Below are positions 8,998-17,367 of a stretch of 17,367 bases of DNA, one piece after another. Position 1 is the first letter of the stretch, and each line of letters begins with the position of its first letter. The notes under the pieces are model-generated. The model made no database searches. It was not told the DNA's origin and saw only the letters and a program-made list of their open reading frames with translations. Made by a program: the position numbers and the translations under genes. Origin of the DNA: Octopus sinensis (Eukaryota); NCBI RefSeq assembly GCF_006345805.1, contig NW_021824863.1, positions 1-17,367 of the forward strand, read 5' to 3'.

Positions 8998-9142
8998 CGG
9001 CGTTGGCGTGGCTGTCTGGCAAGCAGTTTTGCTTCCAGACCACCTGGATCCGGTTTCCGTCTAGCTGCATATTGACTTCTACCATAGACTCGGACCGACC
9101 ACAGCTTTATGAGCGGATTTGATAATCGGAAACTGTAAGAAC
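8998..9142 (+). mobile_element. Degenerate 5' part of the CORE-type SINE
   Basis: Similar to the head of the SINE at 9301-9737 (GTGGCTGT.TGG.AAG..., GGACCGACCA.AGCTTT.TGAG.GGATTTG). Confidence 0.6.
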
Positions 9143-9300
9143 ATTTTCAGGCAGGACAATGTCTGAAATTGAACTAAAGTCCTGTTTCACTGTTCTGTAT
9201 ATTTCAATTTTTTTCTATTTCCCCTTTTTTTTGACTGGTAGTTTGTTATAGACAACATGTTGTTGTTGTTGTTGATGCTGTTTAGTTTGATATCTGCCCT

Positions 9301-9511
9301 ACTCTTTTACTTATTTCAGTCGTTTGACTGCGGCCATGCTGGAGCACCACCTTTAGTCGAGCAAATCGACCTAGCTTGGTACTTATTCTAAGATTTGTAA
9401 GCTTAGTACTTATTCTATCGGTATCTTTTGCCAAACCGCTAAGTGACGGAGACGTAAACACACCACTATCGGTTGCCAAGCGATGTTGGGGGGACAAACA
9501 CAGACACACAG

Positions 9512-9551
<40 letters not shown>

Positions 9552-9737
9552 CACACACACACACATACATATATACGACAGACTTCTTTCAGTTTCTCTG
9601 TCTACCAAATCCACTCACAAAGCTTTGGTCGGCCCGAGGCTATAATAGAAGACACTTGCCCAAGGTGCCACGCAGCGGGACTGAACTCGGAACCATGTGG
9701 TTGGTAAGCAACCTACTTACCACACAGCCACTCCTGC
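9301..9737 (-). mobile_element. Full-length tRNA/CORE-type SINE with internal (CA)n
   Basis: Minus strand: GTGGCTGTGTGGTAAG (A box), GAGTTCAGTCCC (B box), CORE-like ACCTTGGGCAAGTGTCTT. Possible TSD CTGCCCT at 9294-9300 and 9734-9740. Confidence 0.88.
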
Positions 9738-9865
9738 CCTGTTCGAGTATCTTTATAACGAAAGGCCTTTCAGCTGAAACCAAAGTACCTATATCTCTAT
9801 CAAAACCCTTGGAACCAGACATGTTTTGGAATTCGGATATTTTTGGTTTTGGAATCGGTTGTACA

Positions 9866-10032
9866 GTACAGTTCTATATTTAAGAGATGAGGAATTATGT
9901 ACATTATTTACATTTGACGGATATTTGCCCTCATCTTGTTTGTTGTCAACATTTCGGCTGATATATCCCCCAGCCTTCATCAGGTGTCCTGGGGAAATTT
10001 CGAACCTGGGTTCTCATTCCTAATACTAATAT

Positions 10033-10106
<74 letters not shown>

Positions 10107-10290
10107 ATAATAATAATAACAATAATAACATCACAAAATACCTTAGGAATGAGAACCCAGATTCGAAATTTCTCCAAGACACCTTATGAAGTGCTAGAGG
10201 GTATATCAGCCGAAACGTTGTGTTAGCAACAAACAAGATGAGGACAAATATCCGTCAATTGTAAATACTGTAAATAATGTAAATAATGTA
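9866..10290. mobile_element. Second family A fold-back element lacking tRNA heads, with 10-bp TSD and one-sided tail
   Basis: About 9899-10023 is inverted relative to about 10143-10290 around a (CTA)n/(AAT)n spacer. TSD CGGTTGTACA at 9856-9865 and 10291-10300. Tail 9866-9898 is on the left arm only. HHR motifs at 9948-9988 (-) and 10178-10224 (+). Confidence 0.88.
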
Positions 10291-10867
10291 CGGTTGTACA
10301 ATATATTCGTAGGGTATATCCTCGATTACAAGTCGTGATTCCCAGGAATAATTTAGGTTGAATCTCTGTCCACCAACTTCGGAAACAAAATTCTTATTTC
10401 TATATATTTTCTATGGCTGGTTGAACTTAAGTTTTGAACCTCTAAGGATACCGGTACAGTGTGCTGATAGGCCTTGCCTAGTAGGGTATATGAGTATTTT
10501 TCTCAAATTATAATCATGAGTCAGATTAACATAATCACTGGTTAGATTAAGAGAATGTATTTACACATCAAAGAAGACACGTAGATATTAAATGCCTTAC
10601 CAGTGTTACATGAATACTGTTTAGCGTAAGTATTACAGAGTATTGTTCATTTGTGGTACGAATACTCTCAAACCGAACAGAATAAAGACATTTTAAATAC
10701 TATGGAGACTTCGAATAATAATAAAGTTTATTCATATTGTAATAAACTGATAAATGAATCGAGATAAAGACAAGTCATAAAATTACGAGGGTATTTATTG
10801 TTATTATTATTATTGTTGTGATTTTAGTTTTGATCAGGTAATTTTGATTGTCTCCATTGCTGTTATT

Positions 10868-11171
10868 TTACTTGTGGCCCCCCCTTCCTTTCGGAGGTGT
10901 CTTCAGCCCAACACCAGAGCTGAGGACACCTCCGAAAGGGGAGGCCCCGCCACGTCAAAACGGTAGAGGAGTAGGGGCCGAAACCGGACGTGGTTCCTCC
11001 TGATGATGTCTTGAGCTAACTGGATCCTATAAAGGAGCTGTTGTGGTAGCAGACCACGAAACACGGTTGTAATTCCAGTGCAACTGCGCAGAGTTCTGTT
11101 GTGTTTACGGCACAACGTGTTCAAGTGTTAGTTTTTAGTTAGTCGAGACTGCAGCAACTCGCTGCATAAAA
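10868..11171 (-). mobile_element. Candidate short non-coding, highly structured RTE-dependent element
   Basis: GC-rich island flanked by direct repeat CTGTTATT (10860-10867, 11172-11179). On minus it ends CACAAGTAA, as does the RTE 3' end at 12207-12215. Contains a ~23-26-bp hairpin at 10883-10944. Confidence 0.5.
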
Positions 11172-11234
11172 CTGTTATTGTGTTGAAGTTTGGTTTTGCT
11201 TACAATTTAACAATGTTTGTATTGTAGATTACTG

Positions 11235-11677
11235 GGATCTTTTCGGTTTGAACGGCAGTTTTTAACATAATTTCTAGGTAACTAAAAAATTTTAAACTTC
11301 GTATGCTGGTAGAATGTGTTTATAAAACATCTTTTTCTCTTGGCTTTATTGAGAAAATTCTATAGTTTGTAAGATATTTGTTGTTTTTTCTTCTTCAATT
11401 TCTGCAATTTCAACCAATCAGTGACGTCTATTGAGTTGAAAAGCATTCTGTGCCGTATGAATATGTCCCTCGTTTAAGAAACAGATTGGGTTTATTTACA
11501 TTTGTGAAGAAAAAAAGATACCCTTCCCCCCATCCCTAACTCTAACTCTAACCCTAACCCTAACCCTATCCCTAATTAACCCTAAAAGAGATTGAAATGC
11601 ATAATAGGGTCATAATTATGGGTGACAATTTCATATGACACCGCTAGAAAAAACTGCCGTTCAAACCGAAAAGATCC
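11235..11677. mobile_element. MITE / non-autonomous DNA transposon (Merlin-like by termini)
   Basis: Perfect 29-bp TIRs GGATCTTTTCGGTTTGAACGGCAGTTTTT (11235-11263, 11649-11677). 8-bp TSD GATTACTG/GATTACAG (11227-11234, 11678-11685). Confidence 0.9.
11534..11585. repeat. Interstitial telomeric-type (CCCTAA)n repeat inside the MITE
   Basis: CCCTAACTCTAACTCTAACCCTAACCCTAACCCTATCCCTAATTAACCCTAA. Confidence 0.85.
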
Positions 11678-11719
11678 GATTACAGTATTTTTAGTTGATT
11701 AAAACCTTTTAAACTTAGA

Positions 11720-12232
11720 ATTTGTTTTCTGCTATCCTCCTCTATGGTTGTGAAACATGGCCTATGAGGGTAGCCGATTAGCGAGGGCTTGAGATGTTCG
11801 ACAATGACTGTCTCCACAGCATTCTTCGCTGCCGGCGCATTGGTCGGGTCCATACAGCCGGTCTTCGTCATCGCCTGAATCTCGGTCCCTCCCTTCGGTG
11901 CTTCTACAACGGCGTTTAAGGTGGTTCAGTCATGTGGCCCGGCGTCCAGAGGGTGAGCTGATTCGCGATGTCCTCCTCCCACCTCCACTTCCCAGTTGGC
12001 GCAAATGCACGGGCGGACAGCTGAAGACCTGGGCAACGACGATAAAGGAGGACCTCTCCGAACTCTCAGGTTCGCAGGAGGTCGGTCTGCGCAGATGGAA
12101 CCGCGAATGGCTCGCTACCTCCAGTGACCTCGCACGGCCGGCATGGTTCGTGATGCCGTTAGGACCAGAGAAGAAGCCGGCTCAACCCGTACTGGGTGAA
12201 CGCCGTCACAAGTAAGTAAGCAAGTAAGTAAG
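11720..12232 (+). mobile_element. 5'-truncated RTE-clade LINE (ORF C-terminus pseudogene)
   Basis: ILLYGCETWPMR..FDNDCLHSILR.. then LQRRLRWFSHVARR..GGQLKTW, with a stop and a frameshift. (TAAG)n tail. 13-bp TSD TTTTAAACTTAGA at 11707-11719 and 12233-12245. Confidence 0.92.
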
Positions 12233-12757
12233 TTTTAAACTTAGACATTCCATTTTGGGTTTATAACAATTATTATTATTTCTAAATAAAATATTCAGTA
12301 AAACTGGCGCCAAGCGCGTGCTCTGCTTTGTAGACGACACCCGAGAAAAATCATCCTGTTTTCGAGTGAAAGATTGTTTTATTTGACTATAATGGTCTGA
12401 ATGTCGTCTCATTTTTTAAGACTAAAATATAAACTGAAGGAAATTTAACTGCTACTTTTAACAGATCGGGCAAGTTAAAGGCTCCCAATTGTCTGTTGAG
12501 TCATATCGATTCCATTGTATTAAGTACAGGATCTATATCTGTGTGCATGTATGATAGAAACACTTCCTTTTGTTCTTCTTTAACTGCAGGTCAGCTTTGA
12601 TCAAGTAGATATTCATCGTCAACGATGATCCAAGCGTGAAACACCTGACATTTTTTTAAAAACAGGATACTGTATTTTTAGGCAATAAAACCAGATGTTC
12701 GGCTTAAGGCCACAATCTGGCCATTGTACATCCTTTAAGGAATCCGCTCCAGGACCA

Positions 12758-12900
12758 GCTGTGTGGTAACTTTATTTTGTAATCATGCAGTTTTAAGTTC
12801 CATCCGTTTGAAGGCATCTATGTCAAGTGTGTTCTATAACAGTCTTGGACCGACCAATCATATGCGAGTAAAATTTATGAGCGGAAGACCTATGTATAAG
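12758..12900 (+). mobile_element. Highly degenerate CORE-type SINE head
   Basis: GCTGTGTGGTAA..AGTTCCATCC..CAAGTGTGTTCTAT..GGACCGACCAA, similar to 9600-9737. Confidence 0.55.
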
Positions 12901-12946
12901 TGTGCATGTGTGCACGCGCGTGTATGTATGGATGCATGTATGTATG

Positions 12947-13100
12947 CAGTTTTATTTCAAGATTTCTTGCCAATAAAGATCCGGTTTCTAACCTAGATCC
13001 AAGGCTCCTTCAATTTGAATTTCAACATAAACAACAGGGTAATTTTGTTATGTATGTATGTATGTATGTATGTATGTATGTATTGTATGTATGTATGTAT
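12947..13100 (-). mobile_element. 3' UTR-only copy of the R4/Dong-like LINE
   Basis: Reverse complement matches 7552-7656 and is preceded by (TACA)n. Confidence 0.8.
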
Positions 13101-13477
13101 GTGTGTGTGTGTGTGTGTGTATGTGTGTGTGTGTGTGTGTGTGCAAATTTTATGTATGTATTCTCCTTTTCTGGTTTTGAAAGACACATACACATTTAAG
13201 ACGGTAGGATGTAATTTGAGTAAGAATCGACTACTATGTCTGACACGTCGGGCGACAAGTAGAGGATCCATCGTTTACTGGATTTTCAGTCGTAGACAAC
13301 TACCAGACGTTTAATACATTTAGTAAAGGCATGAACGCCCTTACAGCATCACGTAGAAAGTCTTTCATGGGTATTTTTATTGTTGTTGTTTAGCCTCTGC
13401 TCAGCTCAGCCCCTGTCAGTCAACCCTGTGATCAAATGTGTTCCAGTGTGGCCATCCCACCGTATTCTTGTCTGTTA

Positions 13478-13850
13478 CTTATTTTCCCTGTTTCGTTCGT
13501 AGAACTGTGGCCATGCTACAGCATCGCCTTGTAAGGTGTGATCGAACGTATCGACGCCAGCACTTGTTTTTTAAAGCCTATTATATACTCTAGCGGGACG
13601 CTTTTGCCGAACCGCTAAGTTATAGGAACTTAAACAAACCAATAACGGTTGTCAAGGGGTGGAGGAGACAATCATAAGCACATAGATACCCCCCCCCCCC
13701 ACACACACGCACACACGCACACACATACACACGATGGAATTCCATGTAGTTTCCATCTTCCAAGTTCACTCACAAGGTACCGCACAGTGGGACCGAACCT
13801 GAAACCTCGTGGCTGCAAAGCGAACTTCTTAACCACACAGCCATGCGCAT
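13478..13850 (-). mobile_element. Diverged CORE-type SINE with internal deletion
   Basis: Homologous to 9301-9737 (GGCTGTGTGGTTAAGAAG head, GGTTCGGTCCC B box, CTTAGCGGTTCGGCAAAAG body). Confidence 0.78.
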
Positions 13851-14170
13851 CCTTTTTTATAAAACAGTATGATGTGATTTGAGGGAGATTTGGCTGCTAT
13901 ACCCAGAAGATCAAGTGACCAAGTTGAAAGTCATCCTCGTTTTCTAGTCTGTTGTTCGTTATAGGATTAAGAGGCTTCGATTAGAAATTGAAAACCATGT
14001 CGGATCTCTTTCAAAATATTGATTAAAACAACAAAATATCGAAAGTTCGTTTACCTTCTATGTCTTTTAAATCCAGATCGAACCGGTTTTTATGATCAGC
14101 GCCTTCTTTGTGCTTACACTTCACTCTTTCACCACCTAAAAAAAGAGAGAAAACAGATAAAAGGTGCGAA

Positions 14171-14213
<43 letters not shown>

Positions 14214-14269
14214 GAGAGAGAGAGAGAGAGAGAGATAAAGAGTGGTGTTGTATATACATACATATATAA

Positions 14270-14968
14270 GAAATAAGAAATAAGAACGCACAGAATGGTA
14301 GAAGCCACGGCAACTCATAATAAAAAGGAATACTGGTGGAATGTACCGGTGAAGACCTCTATAAAATGTAAGCATAACAGACCGGATATAATGATTAGGG
14401 ATTGAGAAGAGAAACTGGGCACAGCCGTGGAAATTAGCTGCTCAGCGGATATTAACGTAAAGCTGAAGATTAGTGAAAAAGAGAATATCTATGCTGGTCT
14501 ACTGAGAAATCTGCAGTTACTCTATCCAGATTACAAGTTCAGGTTTATACCTGTAAATATTGAGCCCTGGGATATGTAACACACTGCCTAAATACCAATC
14601 TTGAGAAATTAGGCTTCTCAAAACCAGTAAGGGGGAAAACTAATTCGAAGACTACACATTCAATTCATCACTGGAACTGTAAAGATCTGTAAAACTTTCC
14701 AGAAGTTTATCATTTAAATATATATTGGCATGTCTAGACATGCAACTATATGCATGAGAATACATGCATAAAACATACAAATCTGCACATACATACATAC
14801 AATCATACATACATACATACATACAGACAGACAGACAGACAGTCATATATGAATACATACATACAAAAATACCCTGTTGATGTTGAAATTCCAATGAAGG
14901 TGCTTTGGATCTAGGTTAGAAACCGGCTCTTTCTGTACTGACGAGAAATTTTGAATTTTAACTGAGTA
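14270..14968 (+). mobile_element. Second 5'-truncated R4/Dong-like LINE fragment (RLE pseudogene plus 3' UTR)
   Basis: Colinear with 6675-7660 (EYWWNVPVKTSIKCKHNRPDIMIRD*EEKLGTAVEISCSAD..). Shorter TACA tract. Confidence 0.85.
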
Positions 14969-15008
14969 ATCACACGCACACACACATATACATACACCAC
15001 ACCCTATG

Positions 15009-15043
<35 letters not shown>

Positions 15044-15047
15044 ATTA

Positions 15048-15084
<37 letters not shown>

Positions 15085-15416
15085 AATAAGAAAATGGAGG
15101 GGATCAATAGGTGGTATTCATCAACTTTTAGACATCATATTATGACAATTTATTTATTTATTTACTAAAAGGACAATTATAACAATATACATACAAGTAT
15201 AACATATGCTTTACATATATAATATATAAAATATAAAAATATCAGTAATTATTAAAATATATAACATATACCAATAGAAATCGAGATAATATCTTACATA
15301 TACATATATGGTTCGAAATTGTACCCCCCCCCCAAATAAAAACGAAAGAGAGAAGCAGGCAAGGAAACAACAAATAAGGTGTATTATTAGTTCGACGCTC
15401 AGGAAAAATGGAAGAA

Positions 15417-15456
15417 ATCTTTGACGTTTCAAACCTATGCTCTACTACAGAAAGAT
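15417..15456 (-). ncRNA. Degenerate hammerhead motif, family C
   Basis: Minus strand ATCTTT-CTGTAGT-A-GAGC-ATAG-GTTT-GAAACGTC-AAAGAT. Perfect 6-bp stem I and GUC site, but two core substitutions. Confidence 0.55.
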
Positions 15457-15814
15457 ATGAAGAAAGAAAACAGATGGAGAGAGGAGGAAAAAAAAACCGG
15501 AGAGAAATAAAAAGTGTCTGTATATATAAAACATTAAAAAGATTTATTTTAAGAACCATTGTACACATGTTTCAATAAGGTTTTTATAAGTTTATATAAT
15601 CTACATCAATCATTTCTTCGGCAATATCTATCAGAGGAAATAATAAAGAAATATGATGATTTATTATACAAACGAATAATAAGTCTATTACTGAATTATG
15701 TATATAATAGTTATTTGAATTAATGCTTTTAAATATATTACTCTATGGATTTTTTACGATATGAATTGATTAACTAGTAAATGAAGAAGTTTTTTTCAGA
15801 ATTCGCATCGCTCC

Positions 15815-15888
<74 letters not shown>

Positions 15889-15943
15889 GTGTGTGTGTGT
15901 GTGTCTGTTTGTCTGTGTGTGTGTATGTGTGTGTGTGTGTGTC

Positions 15944-15984
<41 letters not shown>

Positions 15985-16052
15985 TATATATATATGCGTA
16001 TGTGTGTCTGTGTCTATGTTTACGTACACACACACACACCACACATACATAC
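15815..16052. repeat. (TA)n/(TG)n/(CA)n compound microsatellite
   Basis: Direct inspection. Confidence 0.95.
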
Positions 16053-16946
16053 TTTAACAAAGAGATTAGAATCAACAACTGGCTTTATCGTATAATTCTA
16101 CGACTGTTTCATTGTAGCGTTCCCAGAAGTTTATTGCTGGAATATTATTCTATAATATACGAATTCGATTTATACATCGATATAAAGAGTCTATATTCTC
16201 CAGTATTGCATTGGAAATAAACTGATTCAATGCATAATTTCATACATTACATAATGATATTCCCCCCAACAAACTTCCGTTAAAGTGTCGATGTAACAAT
16301 TGTAAGTGTATGCAATAAAACGAGTTGCTAACTCCATTTTTCTTGTTAATGTTTATACAAACTCTACAGATATTCACAGATTTTCAGATATATCATCAGA
16401 GAAGCGATATAGTTTCGTTGGATGAAAGTATCTGATAGCCTATGCCCGTGGACAGGCTTATAAAGTAAACCCCAAGGACGAAACCCAAATAGAATTTACA
16501 CACACACACACCAGCCCATTTCCCGGTAGCTATTTTCGGCTTTCTGTATTTTTTCATTCGGTTATCTGAGTCTGAACGAGCCAGACTTTTGTTAGAAGCC
16601 TGCGAAACTTTAAATCATTTGGAGTCGAATTAAATTATTTTGGAATGATCAAAAAAAAAAAAAAACAGAAAATTATTTAAGATGGTCCCTGGCATACCAT
16701 CCATACAGGAAGTGTAAAAACTTCTCTTAACTGGTACGTCACACATATTGAGAAGAGCATCGTCGCTGTGACTTTTTTTCCCCTTTTCCTCTTTACTTTC
16801 TTTGTCTACTTTTTAATTTTTAATTTTTTATTTTTTCTCTCTGTCTTTCTTCCCCTTTTTCTTTATCACGTGACTTTGTAAACGGACAATTTGGTGTGTT
16901 TATTTTAATGACCTGGCAACGTATATAGTACGTTTCTCTGCCCTAG

Positions 16947-16987
16947 GTGTCAAGAAGACATTCGGCAAGAAATGGAAGCAGAAGTGA
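16947..16987 (+). CDS. Candidate short terminal coding exon of an unidentified plus-strand gene
   Basis: Acceptor cgtttctctgccctag|GT. Phase-1 frame reads VKKTFGKKWKQK*. AATAAA at 17160-17165. Reading frame uncertain. Confidence 0.35.
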
Positions 16988-17007
16988 AAAAGATGATGAT
17001 GATGATA

Positions 17008-17061
<54 letters not shown>

Positions 17062-17367
17062 TATACAGATCGTTGGCGATTTACGACCTGCATATATATA
17101 TATCCGGCTTACGACTAATCGACTTTACGACGATTGGCGAGCCAGACTCCGGCAGCAGTAATAAACAGTCCTGCTGAAATGTAATGGGTTTAATTTCTTA
17201 TAATGTTGTATAGTACAGAATGGTGGTGTGACTTTACTCGTGCATGTATCTTAAGAATGTACAAGTATAAACAAAGCTACGTAGGCCTATAGGTCGACTT
17301 ACGACACTATATATATATATATTATATATATATATATATGTATATATATTATGTAAACAGAGTTAGC

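Noticed and set aside
9376-9645. Signal-peptide-like ORF (LVLILSVSFAKPL...), echoed at 5883-6080
   Set aside because: It is the antisense translation of the SINE body.
10974-11075. Hammerhead using CTGATGA at 11000-11006 with a nearby GAAAC
   Set aside because: The type II arrangement leaves no stem I, and the type I arrangement lacks a UH site and a correct junction.
720-16220. Numerous ORFs rich in YI, CV, HT and MYVC repeats
   Set aside because: They are translations of stop-free microsatellites, not genes.
16360-16405. CTGATGA...GAAA on minus
   Set aside because: No stem II or stem III pairing; probably chance.

Overview
Repeat-dominated, AT-rich animal genomic DNA, probably intronic or intergenic cephalopod (Octopus-like) sequence. 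That assignment is an inference from the SINE families and the very high microsatellite density. Almost all ORFs in the supplied track are microsatellite artefacts. Recognisable content: tRNA-derived SINEs, a mariner 3' remnant, three 3' fragments of an RLE-type (R4/Dong-like) LINE, a 5'-truncated RTE LINE with a 13-bp TSD, a 443-bp MITE with 29-bp TIRs carrying telomeric repeats, a SINE-derived minisatellite, a promoter-like motif cluster and two or three candidate host exons. The most striking signal is about ten type I hammerhead-ribozyme (HHR) motifs from about five sequence families. Six of them sit in three head-to-head fold-back elements (1-558, 4799-5226, 9866-10290) whose architecture matches Penelope-like (PLE) inverted pLTRs with a one-sided tail. 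One family fuses a Pol III tRNA-like head, an (AAT)n spacer and an HHR-bearing 3' module, making it a candidate ribozyme-containing, Penelope-dependent SINE.
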